A stretch of DNA of 61,969 bases. Source: Actinomycetes bacterium. GTDB lineage: Bacteria > Actinomycetota > Acidimicrobiia > Acidimicrobiales > UBA8190. The notes beneath the pieces were generated by a model. That model was given only the letters and a program-made list of their open reading frames with translations, did no database searches and was not told the DNA's origin. Shown here piece after piece: positions 16,180 through 24,611 of this stretch (position 1 is its first letter; each line of letters starts with the position of its first letter). The stretch spans positions 1-61,969 of the forward strand of contig JAKAYQ010000001.1 in assembly GCA_021826725.1 (NCBI GenBank). The letters are read 5' to 3'. The position numbers were made by a program, and so were the translations under genes.

Positions 16180-18659
16180 GCCGCCGCCCTGGCCTCGGTG
16201 GCGACCTCGCTCTGCATCTCGGGACGGCGCCCGACGCTGCGCACTGCGTCGAAGAGCAGAGCGGGTCGTCCCCACAGCGAGTTGGCGAAGATGGCGGTGA
16301 CACTGACCGCCATGGCAGCCATCGCCCACACCGGGTAGAGCAGACCGGTCGCCGCCAGGGGAATTCCGAGGCCGTTGAAGATGAAGGCGAGGGCGACGTT
16401 CTGGCGGGTCTTGCGGTAGGAGCGAGCGGAGATGTCCCGGGCGACGAGCACCGAGGTGAGCCGGTTGGACACGACGATGATGTCGGAGGACTCCAGGGCG
16501 ATGTCGGTGCCGCCGCCCATGGCCACGCCGACGTTGGCCTGCATGAGGGCGGGAGCGTCGTTGATCCCGTCGCCGACCATGGCCACGCTGGCGGTTCGTT
16601 GCAGGTCGCGGACGATGTCGGCCTTGGCGCCTGGGAGCACACCGGCGTGCACGATGTCGATACCGACCTGGTTGGCGACCCGGGTAGCGGCCCGGGGGTT
16701 GTCCCCGGTCACCAGCACCGGGACCAGACCCGCTCGACGGATGGCGGCGACGACTTCGGCGGCGTCGGGGCGAACCTCGTCGCCGATCGCCAGCGCGCCG
16801 AGCAGAATCCCATCGGCGCCCACGGCGACCACGGTCCGCCCCGCGTCTTCGAGCGCCTCCATGCGCTCGGCCAGCGGTCGGGCGTCGATGCCGTGGGTTT
16901 GGAGGAACGACGGCCGGCCGATCACCACCCGGCGATCACCGACACGAGCGGTCACGCCTCGGCCGGTCACCGACTCGAAATCATCGGCGCCAGAGACCCG
17001 GAGCCCCCGGTCCAAGGCGGCGTCGACCACCGCCCGGGCCAACGGGTGCTCGGAGAACGCCTCGGCGCCAGCCGCGAGCCCAACCACCTCGTCGGTGTGG
17101 GCTCCGCCAGCGGTGAGCACCTCGCGCAGGGCGGGGCGGCCCTCGGTGAGGGTCCCGGTCTTGTCCAACACCACGGTGCCGACCTGGCGGAACGCCTGGA
17201 ACGCCTCCCCGGTGCGCATGATGACCCCCTGGTCGGCGGCCTCACCGGCGCCGCGAACGATGGAGAGCGGAGCGGCGATGCCCACGGCGCAGGGATAGCC
17301 CATGACGAGCACCGACAGAGCGGCAAAGACGGCCCGCTCCACATCCACATGGCCGCTCACCGCCCAACTACCGACCAGCCAGCCGAGCAGGGCCAGCACC
17401 GAGACCAACAACACGATCGGGGTGTAGACCCGCAGGATCCGGTCGACCAGGTGCAAGATCCCGGGCTTGAGCGCACGGGCGTCCTCCACCGAGCGCACCA
17501 CCTGGGCCAGGAACGACTCGTCACCCACCGCGGAGACCTTCACGACGAGGGTGCCGGTGGTGTTGATCGACCCGCCGATGACGGTGACACCGGCGACCGC
17601 CTCCACCGGGACGGGCTCGCCGGTGACGTGGGACTGGTCGAGGGCGGAGCGGCCCTCGACGACGACCCCGTCGACAGGGACCCGCTCGCCGGGGCGGACG
17701 CGCACGATGTCGCCCACGACCACTTCGGACAGCGCCACCTCGGACTCGGATCCATCGCGGATCACTCGGGCGATATCGGGCTGCAGGTCCAACAGCGCCT
17801 TGACGGCTTGGGAGCTGCGGGTCTTGACCAGCAGCGACAGCCACTCCGAGAAGATGTGGTAGTTGACGACCAGCACCGCCACCGCGAAGAAAGCGGCGGT
17901 GGGGAACCCGTGGTAGCGAGCGACCAAGCCGACAACGCCCCCGGCCAGCCCGGCGAAGACGCCGGCTTCGAGCATCACGTGCTGGTTCAAGATGCCCCGC
18001 CGCAACGACTGGGCGGCCATCGAGGCGATGTGCGCGGCCAGACCGAAGACCACGGCCACCGCCAGCACTCCCACCACATAGGGGATGGCCCCGCTCGCCG
18101 CGCCCGTGGCGTTGGCTGCCAGTCCCGCCCCGCCGACAACACCAAGCGCGGCGCTGCCGCCCAAAGCCAGGCCCCGGCCTTGGCCTCGCAGCACCAGGTA
18201 GGCGGCGCAGAGCAGGAACGCCCCCACCACCACGGGGATGGTGTAGGCAGCGAGGTTGTCCAGGTTCACGATCAGAGCGATCGCCACCAGGCTGGCGCCG
18301 ATAGCCCCGTAGAGGCGGCGGCCCTCTTTGACCAGCGCCGCCTCCTCTTCCTCGTAGGGGCGGATCTTGCGCGGGTCCCAGATGGTGTAGCCGATGTCGC
18401 GCAGGGTGGCGACGAGGGTCTCGGGGCGCACCCGCTCGGGGTCGTAGTCGACCAAGGCCTGCTCGTGGGTCAAGCTGACCGCGACCTTCGCCACGCCGTC
18501 CTGGCGGCCGAGAGCCCGCTCGATGGTCCCGGTGCACAACGAGCAGTGCAGCCCGCCGATCTTGGCCCGGAACCTCTCCCCGCCACCGGGAAGCTCCTCG
18601 GCCCAATACCCGGCGTCCGGCTCGGCCCTGGGGTCCTTCTCCACCGCGGCCGGCATCAT
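16176..18659 (-). CDS. P1B-type heavy-metal-translocating ATPase with non-canonical TM metal motifs
   Basis: N-terminal HMA domain GLHCSLC. DKTGTLT, TGDN and GDGINDAPAL. TM6 reads GYPCAVG (YPC instead of CPC). ATGA overlap with the copZ-like stop. Confidence 0.85.
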   Translation of the reverse strand: MMPAAVEKDPRAEPDAGYWAEELPGGGERFRAKIGGLHCSLCTGTIERALGRQDGVAKVAVSLTHEQALVDYDPERVRPETLVATLRDIGYTIWDPRKIRPYEEEEAALVKEGRRLYGAIGASLVAIALIVNLDNLAAYTIPVVVGAFLLCAAYLVLRGQGRGLALGGSAALGVVGGAGLAANATGAASGAIPYVVGVLAVAVVFGLAAHIASMAAQSLRRGILNQHVMLEAGVFAGLAGGVVGLVARYHGFPTAAFFAVAVLVVNYHIFSEWLSLLVKTRSSQAVKALLDLQPDIARVIRDGSESEVALSEVVVGDIVRVRPGERVPVDGVVVEGRSALDQSHVTGEPVPVEAVAGVTVIGGSINTTGTLVVKVSAVGDESFLAQVVRSVEDARALKPGILHLVDRILRVYTPIVLLVSVLALLGWLVGSWAVSGHVDVERAVFAALSVLVMGYPCAVGIAAPLSIVRGAGEAADQGVIMRTGEAFQAFRQVGTVVLDKTGTLTEGRPALREVLTAGGAHTDEVVGLAAGAEAFSEHPLARAVVDAALDRGLRVSGADDFESVTGRGVTARVGDRRVVIGRPSFLQTHGIDARPLAERMEALEDAGRTVVAVGADGILLGALAIGDEVRPDAAEVVAAIRRAGLVPVLVTGDNPRAATRVANQVGIDIVHAGVLPGAKADIVRDLQRTASVAMVGDGINDAPALMQANVGVAMGGGTDIALESSDIIVVSNRLTSVLVARDISARSYRKTRQNVALAFIFNGLGIPLAATGLLYPVWAMAAMAVSVTAIFANSLWGRPALLFDAVRSVGRRPEMQSEVATEARAAA

Positions 18660-18868
18660 CACGCCACCTCGAAGCCGGCGGCGGTGATACCGGCACGCAC
18701 CGCGGCCTCCGAGCTCGCCGATTCCACGACCACTTTGACCTGGCCCACGGCACGGTCGGCGGAGACCCGGCGCACCCCGGCCAGCTTGGCCACGGCCCGC
18801 TCCACCCGCTCCTCGCACGCCCGGCAATCCATGCCCGAAACGGTCAACACGACCTCATCCACAGCCAT
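18659..18868 (-). CDS. copZ: HMA-domain metallochaperone (CopZ-like, 69 aa)
   Basis: LTVSGMDCRACEERV. Ferredoxin-like length. Confidence 0.8.
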   Translation of the reverse strand: MAVDEVVLTVSGMDCRACEERVERAVAKLAGVRRVSADRAVGQVKVVVESASSEAAVRAGITAAGFEVA

Positions 18869-18895
18869 CCACCTCGTTTTCTGACGACCGAACCC

Positions 18896-18926
18896 AGAGT
18901 ACGGCTTCCAGTAACTGGAAGGTCAA
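18896..18926 (-). promoter_or_regulatory. MerR-type promoter: -35 TTGACC, 19-bp spacer containing dyad CTTCCAGTTACTGGAAG, -10 TACTCT
   Basis: Minus strand reads cTTGACCTTCCAGTTACTGGAAGCCGTACTCT. Perfect 8+1+8 palindrome at 18905-18921. The over-long 19-bp spacer is the MerR-family hallmark. The dyad resembles the CCTTCC-N7-GGAAGG of CueR promoters. Confidence 0.75.
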
Positions 18927-18961
18927 GAGGGTCAGCTGGGATCCTTGACCGGGCGACGGGC

Positions 18962-19702
18962 TCAGGCGGCAACGAGCAGAACGGCGAACGCTCCCACCAG
19001 CATGAACGGCCCCAGCGCGATGCGTTCGGAACGGGAGAATCGGCCGGCGAGCAGTCGGGTCAGCAGGTAGAGGGCTGCGAGCAGGAAGCCGAGCGTGACG
19101 CCGGCGATCAGCGGCTCCCAGCCGAACCATCCCAGCACCAAGCCGAGCAGCCCGGCCAGCTTGCAGTCACCAAACCCGAGACCGGCGGTGACAAGAACGA
19201 GCAGGCTGTAGCCGGCGAAGGCCGCAGCTCCACCGATCAGCGCTCCGATTAGATGGGCCGGCCGATGGTCGGCAATCCCGGCCACGACGAGCAGGGACAC
19301 GACGACGACGAGGGTCGGAGCCAGGATCGCGTCGGGCAGTCGGCGCGTGGTCGCGTCGATGCTGCCGAGAACGATGCCCGCAGCCCCCACCACCCCGAGT
19401 GCCGCGAGAACGAGCAGCGGATGCACTCGCAGCGCCAGCAGACCGAGCAGGCCAGCACTCACGACCTCGATGACTGCCGGAGGCGCTCCGATCCGCCATC
19501 GACAGGACGGGCATCTTCCCGACAGTGCCACCGGCGCGACGATGCCGAAGGGACCCGAGGCCAGGACCAGACGCGAGCAACCGGGGCAGTGACGCCGGGC
19601 CGGGTCACAACGAGGCAGCCGCTTGGCGAAGATGGCAGTACGGAGCCACGGCCCGACAAGGAGACCGACCGCCACGGCGACAGCGACGGTGATGGTCGTC
19701 AT
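18962..19702 (-). CDS. prepilin (A24-family) peptidase, TadV/CpaA-like
   Basis: ...SIDATTRRLPD... and ...GLGFGDCKLAG... (two catalytic Asp motifs). Polytopic membrane protein. Confidence 0.8.
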   Translation of the reverse strand: MTTITVAVAVAVGLLVGPWLRTAIFAKRLPRCDPARRHCPGCSRLVLASGPFGIVAPVALSGRCPSCRWRIGAPPAVIEVVSAGLLGLLALRVHPLLVLAALGVVGAAGIVLGSIDATTRRLPDAILAPTLVVVVSLLVVAGIADHRPAHLIGALIGGAAAFAGYSLLVLVTAGLGFGDCKLAGLLGLVLGWFGWEPLIAGVTLGFLLAALYLLTRLLAGRFSRSERIALGPFMLVGAFAVLLVAA

Positions 19703-20136
19703 AAGCCGAGCGTGGCCCTCATGGGGCCCGACGACGGGAAGGTTCGAAGTCGGGCATGCCGCGTAAGGTGAGTTCCCGCCGTAGTTCGGCCAACGGGTCG
19801 TCCATGCCCAGCTGGCCGGGGGACACGGAGGCGACCGTCAAGAAGAACCCGCCAGGCGCCGTCGAGCGCGGAGGCGACGACGAGGAGGAAGGAGCAGGAG
19901 GAGGGCTTCGATCGGGTAGGAGCCGACCACGACCGGGGCAGGGAGGCGTCTGGTCGTCGCGTCGTGTATGGCGGCACGGCGCCGGTGGCGACGAAGTAGG
20001 CCTCGGCGGCCAGCGCGGCGCTGGGCCCGATCGGGACCGCCACGAGCGCCGTCACGGCGACGCCGAGTGCGGTCATTGAGGCGACCTGGCGCCTCCCGGT
20101 CGGTCGCCTGGTGTGTGGTCGTGGCGGCGTAACCAT
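19699..20136 (-). CDS. hypothetical protein with a signal/TM segment (145 aa)
   Basis: Starts 3 nt after the upstream stop and ends in an ATGA overlap with the peptidase start. The first ~65 codons have high GC3. The second half has many A/T-ending codons. Confidence 0.4.
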   Translation of the reverse strand: MVTPPRPHTRRPTGRRQVASMTALGVAVTALVAVPIGPSAALAAEAYFVATGAVPPYTTRRPDASLPRSWSAPTRSKPSSCSFLLVVASALDGAWRVLLDGRLRVPRPAGHGRPVGRTTAGTHLTRHARLRTFPSSGPMRATLGL

Positions 20137-20139
20137 CGG

Positions 20140-22956
20140 TCAGCGCCGTTGGGGGAGGTGGCGGATGGTGGTGGGCGGGGGGGGGAGGAGGTCCCCGGCG
20201 AGGGTTTCGGTGGCCGGCTCGGGGTCGAGGTCGAGCTCGGCCAGGCGGCCCTGGAGGAGCCGCCAGGTACGCCGGGCGGTCTCTGTGCGCCCGAGGCTCA
20301 CCAAGAGGGTGAGGAGCCGGCGGTAGAGGTCCTCGCAGATCGGGTCGAGTTCGACGGCCCGCTCCAAGACCGCCAGCGCCCGCTCGGGCTGGTCGTCGGT
20401 GTAGCACCCGGCGAGGCGGACGTGGGCGTCGAGCGCCCGGCGGTGGAGGTCCTCGCGAACCGCTTCGACCCAGATGGCGTCGAGGCCAGGGCAGAAGTCC
20501 CCGCCGTAGGCGGCGACGGCCCGCTCCAGCCCAACGGCCGCCTGTACCGGGTCCTCGGCGCCGGCTGCGTCTTCGAGAGCGGCCTCGAAGCGCCACAGGT
20601 CGACGTCCAACACGGCCGGGTCGGGCCGGTAGATGTCGGCCGCCCTGGCGAGGATCTCCGGGCCGTCGGTCCCCGGGCCGTGCAGGCGGCTGCGCAGGTT
20701 GCCGAGCGCGGTCCAGAACCGCTCCCGGCCTCGCCGTCCGTCCGCGTCGGGCCAGATGGCGTCGATGGCGGCCTCGGCGCTGGCACCCGACGGGTGCAGC
20801 GCGTACCACGCCAGAAGCTCATAGGCGCTCGACCGCAGCCCGTTTCGGACCTCCTCGCCGAAGGCGCGGACCGCTGGCGGGCCGAGCAGGCGCACAGAGA
20901 TCGGCGTCTCCTCCCCTGTCGCCTCGGCGGCCGGCGACGGCCACGACACCGCCGTGCTGGCGCCGCCCGACGCCGGGATGCGGGCACCCGTCGAAGGGAC
21001 CGCCCCGTTGGTCGACTGGGCCGGAGCGGGCGCTTCGCCGCTGCGGTCGGGCTCGGGCCGGTCGTACTCGCCTGGCTCGTCTTTGTCGAGCTCGCCTCGG
21101 TCGGGCTGGTCGGGCCGGCTGTAGTTGTGGACAGCGGCGACGGGTGCGAGCAGCGTCGCCGCGCTGTGGGCGTCGAGCACGAACAGCGAGGCGCCGGCCA
21201 GCAGCTCGCCGATGGCGTCGGGTGCGGCCCACTCCACGGTGCCGTCGGCTCCGGCGACCACCTGGGCTTCGCCGACCCCGGCATCCTCCCCGCCCACCTC
21301 GCCAGGGGCGAGGACCACGACGCCGAGGCCGAGCGCGGTGGCAGAAGAGACGAGCGCTGACCAGCGGGGCGCGTCATTCGGCGGGATCTGCTCGGTGATG
21401 CCGAGCAGCAGCGGGAAGGGATCCTCGGGTGAGCGGCGCCGGTAGGTGGCGGCGTCAGTGACCTCGGCATCCTCCAAGCGCCGGGTGCGGCCGACGGCGG
21501 CCACCTCCAGGTGGGCGAGCAGCGCGTTCGTGTCCTCGACGCGCCGGACGCCCGCCAGGTCGACGCCGGGTAAGAGGCGCTCGGCGAGCCCGGCGGAGAG
21601 GGCGACCTCGGCGGCGTAGGGGCCGTCTCGGGTGACGAGGGCCGCCAGCCACGCCCGCAGCGCCGCTTCGGCGCCGGGGCCCGACAGGCGAAGCCCTGGC
21701 CAGTCGCCGAGCGCCAGGGCGACGCTCTTGCCGTCGCGGTGGGCGACCTCGATGAGGTCGGGCCGGGCGATCGCCTCGTCGTCGGGGACCACGCTGAGAG
21801 GGGCGGGGGCGGGTGCCGGCGGATCGGAGAAGTCCCGGTCGTCATCGGCCCGGGCCGCTCGGGCGGCGAGGAGGAGGTCTCCGAGCACACCAGGCCCGCC
21901 GGGGACGGAAAGGCGCAGCCCGGGGCGGGGCGCAGCCGGCCGGTAGGCGCGCCGGCGGCGGAGGCGCCCCGCGGCGACCGCCGAGAGCACCCCGGCGGCG
22001 AAGGACCCCGCCACCACGCCGCCCGAAGGCAGCGGCAGCGGTTGGCCGGCCGACCCGGCCTGCTGGCCGTTGCTCGCCGGGGCGGGAGCGGTCGTCGCCG
22101 GGGCGGGACGCGACGGCGCCGGCAATGGGCTGGTCGGTGCCGGGCTGGTCGGTGCCGGGCTCGCCGGTGCAGCCGGCGGTGAGGCGCCCGGCGCGGCGGG
22201 TGCGGGGGTGGGGGTGGGGAGCAGGAGGGTCCAGCCGGGGTCGATCCAGTGCGGGTCGGCGAGCACGGCACCGCCGGGCTGGGGGCGCCCTTCGTTGAGG
22301 GCGTAGATCTCCGACCAGCGAAGCGGGTCGCCCAGCTCCCGGGCGGCGATGCCCCACAGGGTGTCGCCACGGCGCACCGTGTAGCTGCGCAGCGGTGCCG
22401 GTGTCGGATGGGTCGCCGGTGTGGCGGGCGTCGCGGCACCGGTTGGCGACGTGTCGGCCCCAGGCGGCCCCGTGGGCGGCGCCGGGCGCTGGGGGGCGGT
22501 GGTGGCGGCGGTAAGGGCCACGGCGGCCACCGGGCGGCCCAGCGCGGCGAGCCCGACGCCGGGCGACCCTGAAGGGGGGCTGTGGCCGGGGCGGGGCGCG
22601 AGGGTGAGGCAGGCGAGGACGACCGTGGCGACGAGACGGCCGACGGCCGGCTGGAAGACGCCGGCGAGCGGCAGGCGCCGGGCTGTTCGGCCAGAGACCG
22701 CGGCGGGGATCTCGGCGGCGACCGAGGCGACGAGGACCGCCCAGGTGATCCACACCACGATGGCCAGCGCGTCGATGAGGGCGCGGGCGGGGATGCCGTG
22801 ACGGGAGAGGGCCCGGCCGACCTCGGTGGCGGTGGGCACGTGGTGGGGTAGCGGCCAGCCGACGAAGTGCCACAGCGCCCAGGGGATCCCGGCCACGAGC
22901 GCCCCGAGAGCGACGAGAGCCACAAGGCCTTTGACGAGCGTGGTGATCCGGGCCAT
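20140..22956 (-). CDS. membrane-anchored LysM protein with C-terminal SARP-type wHTH plus BTAD (938 aa)
   Basis: N-terminal TM helices. LysM YTVRRGDTLWGIAARELGDPLRWSEIYALN. Pro/Thr-rich linker. A further TM segment (VVAGSFAAGVLSAVAAG). ISVRLLGPPAVRAFGEEV...LLAWYALH wHTH. BTAD/TPR-like tail (DVDLWRFEAALEDA...ICEDLYRRLLTLLVSLGR). Confidence 0.75.
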   Translation of the reverse strand: MARITTLVKGLVALVALGALVAGIPWALWHFVGWPLPHHVPTATEVGRALSRHGIPARALIDALAIVVWITWAVLVASVAAEIPAAVSGRTARRLPLAGVFQPAVGRLVATVVLACLTLAPRPGHSPPSGSPGVGLAALGRPVAAVALTAATTAPQRPAPPTGPPGADTSPTGAATPATPATHPTPAPLRSYTVRRGDTLWGIAARELGDPLRWSEIYALNEGRPQPGGAVLADPHWIDPGWTLLLPTPTPAPAAPGASPPAAPASPAPTSPAPTSPLPAPSRPAPATTAPAPASNGQQAGSAGQPLPLPSGGVVAGSFAAGVLSAVAAGRLRRRRAYRPAAPRPGLRLSVPGGPGVLGDLLLAARAARADDDRDFSDPPAPAPAPLSVVPDDEAIARPDLIEVAHRDGKSVALALGDWPGLRLSGPGAEAALRAWLAALVTRDGPYAAEVALSAGLAERLLPGVDLAGVRRVEDTNALLAHLEVAAVGRTRRLEDAEVTDAATYRRRSPEDPFPLLLGITEQIPPNDAPRWSALVSSATALGLGVVVLAPGEVGGEDAGVGEAQVVAGADGTVEWAAPDAIGELLAGASLFVLDAHSAATLLAPVAAVHNYSRPDQPDRGELDKDEPGEYDRPEPDRSGEAPAPAQSTNGAVPSTGARIPASGGASTAVSWPSPAAEATGEETPISVRLLGPPAVRAFGEEVRNGLRSSAYELLAWYALHPSGASAEAAIDAIWPDADGRRGRERFWTALGNLRSRLHGPGTDGPEILARAADIYRPDPAVLDVDLWRFEAALEDAAGAEDPVQAAVGLERAVAAYGGDFCPGLDAIWVEAVREDLHRRALDAHVRLAGCYTDDQPERALAVLERAVELDPICEDLYRRLLTLLVSLGRTETARRTWRLLQGRLAELDLDPEPATETLAGDLLPPPPTTIRHLPQRR

Positions 22957-22957
22957 G

Positions 22958-23380
22958 TCAGGGGTTCTGTTCGGCGGTGGCCGAGCCCGAGGCGGTCTCG
23001 GTCAGCTGGTCGACGCCGACGACCGAGAGGATCTGGGTGGGCTGGGTGATGGTGACGGCGACCGTGACCGTCTCGCCCGAGACGGTGACCCTGCCGGTGA
23101 CCCCGGCGTGGGCCAGGAAGCTCTGGGCGTCGGCGACCGCCTGGGCGGGATCCAAGGTGATCTGGCCGCTCGAGCGGTACAAGGGGATGTCGATCGCCTG
23201 GGCGCCGGCTCGGGCCGCGCCTTGGGCGTCGTCGATGGCCCGCACCTTGGCCGACAGGGCGAGACCACCGTCGAGGACGAGGCCGGCCATGGCGAGCAGC
23301 GCCAGGGTGAAGATGACGACGAAGGCGGTGACCATCCCCTCCTCCCCACCGAGGCGTCCGCGCAGCGAGACGGGCGTCAC
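22958..23380 (-). CDS. TadG/TadE-like pseudopilin
   Basis: GTGA overlap with the upstream stop. ...GGEEGMVTAFVVIFTLALLAMAGLVLDGG... N-terminal hydrophobic segment typical of TadG-like proteins. Confidence 0.65.
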   Translation of the reverse strand: MTPVSLRGRLGGEEGMVTAFVVIFTLALLAMAGLVLDGGLALSAKVRAIDDAQGAARAGAQAIDIPLYRSSGQITLDPAQAVADAQSFLAHAGVTGRVTVSGETVTVAVTITQPTQILSVVGVDQLTETASGSATAEQNP

Positions 23381-23844
23381 GGGACTGCCCGGTAGACGTC
23401 GACGACCGAGCTGGCGGTCGAGGTGATCTGCGTCGAGGCAGGGAGACGCAGCCCGGCGAGGTCGGCGAGCGACACCACACACGACACCGTCACCGTCACC
23501 TGTCCGCCCGGGGCGAAGCCGGCGGTATCGACAGACACGTGCAGGGCGGCGCAGGTGACGTGGTCCGAGCCGAGCGCGGCGGTGGCGGACTCGTGCGCGG
23601 CGGCGGCCGCCTCCGACGGCGTCGAGGCGATCGACGCGGCCCGGGCCGCCTGGGCGGCCGCGCCGTCGACGTTGATGCGCGCCCCGGCGAGGCGGCCCAA
23701 GGCGACGACGAAGACCAAAAGCACGATGAGCAGCGGGGTGACCAGCACCAGTTCGGTCGCAACCGCCCCGGTCTCCTCGCTACCCCGACGCCGCGCCGAA
23801 GTCTTGGTGCCGGCCGGCTCGGGGGGTACGTCAGGGGGTGTCAC
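23377..23844 (-). CDS. TadE-like pseudopilin
   Basis: ...SEETGAVATELVLVTPLLIVLLVFVV... (G/xxxE TadE motif). GTGA overlap. Confidence 0.7.
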   Translation of the reverse strand: MTPPDVPPEPAGTKTSARRRGSEETGAVATELVLVTPLLIVLLVFVVALGRLAGARINVDGAAAQAARAASIASTPSEAAAAAHESATAALGSDHVTCAALHVSVDTAGFAPGGQVTVTVSCVVSLADLAGLRLPASTQITSTASSVVDVYRAVP

Positions 23845-24353
23845 GGCCCACCTTCTGTAGTCGCGGCCAGAGAGGACGGCTCGGTCGGCCCTGCGGCGGT
23901 CGCCCGCACCGGCAGGGTGAAGATGCCGAGGATGCTCTCCGCGTGCCCGCTCACCACCACCGTGGTCGTCCCGGCGGTGCGAGAGACGGTGACCTTCGGG
24001 GCGAGGAGCACGCCGGTGCCGAGCTGGTCGAGCACGCCGGTCGTCTCGGCGCTGCCAGCTTGGGCGGTCTCGCCCTGGAGGCGGGCGACCGACAGGCCCT
24101 GCTGGGCTGCCGCCTCGGCCACGCCGGTGGCGTGCTCGAAGAGGGCGAACTGGATCACCCCCAAGATCAACAGCAACAGCAGCGGGGTGGCGATCACCAG
24201 CTCGGCGGCGACCGCCCCGGACTCCCCGCCAAGCCGGCGGTGCCGTCCACCAAGGCGCGCGGGTTGACGGCCGCGGCGACGAACCCCTCGGACGACGACG
24301 ACAGCGGAGGGAGAGGAGGAAGGCGCGGCGGCGTCGGCGGCGGCGGCGGCCAC
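23841..24353 (-). CDS. TadE-like pseudopilin
   Basis: ...GGESGAVAAELVIATPLLLLLILGVIQ... Start position uncertain. Confidence 0.7.
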   Translation of the reverse strand: MAAAAADAAAPSSSPSAVVVVRGVRRRGRQPARLGGRHRRLGGESGAVAAELVIATPLLLLLILGVIQFALFEHATGVAEAAAQQGLSVARLQGETAQAGSAETTGVLDQLGTGVLLAPKVTVSRTAGTTTVVVSGHAESILGIFTLPVRATAAGPTEPSSLAATTEGGP

Positions 24354-24361
24354 GGATGGGC

Positions 24362-24565
24362 TCAGGGGCCGGTGGTGATCGAGTTGGCCTTGGCGATCAC
24401 CTTGGCCACGATGATCCCCACCGCGGTGAGCGCCAGGGCGGCCAAGAGGGCGGTGACGATCACCGTCTCGGTGGAGTAGCCCGCTTCGGGTTCGGCGCGA
24501 AGGGTCTGGTAGCGGGCGTAGAGGACGGCGAAGAGGTGCTTGATGACGGTCAGTTCGGGGAACAC
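24362..24565 (-). CDS. Flp-type pilin (actinobacterial DUF4244-like, 67 aa)
   Basis: ...EPEAGYSTETVIVTALLAALALTAVGIIV... This is a G/(Y)STE processing-type motif followed by one hydrophobic helix. GTG start. Confidence 0.6.
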   Translation of the reverse strand: MFPELTVIKHLFAVLYARYQTLRAEPEAGYSTETVIVTALLAALALTAVGIIVAKVIAKANSITTGP

Positions 24566-24611
24566 GGCATGGGCCTTCTTTCTTTCTGCTCGGTGGATTG
24601 GATGGGGTCTC

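Noticed and set aside
19735-19760. GGTTCGAAG at about 19741, considered as a possible second copy of the tRNA T-arm (distal att site).
   Set aside because: Only 8 nt match the tRNA (GGTTCGAA) and the flanks differ, so the match is compatible with chance.
20298-23480. Very long alternative-frame ORFs, for example 20298..23480 (1060 aa), 13820..15382, 16599..18884, 25448..26680, 2025..3041 and 631..1821.
   Set aside because: Their composition is dominated by Arg/Pro/Gly/Ala with no motifs. They overlap ORFs that carry clear family motifs and better third-position GC. These are typical shadow ORFs of about 72% GC DNA.
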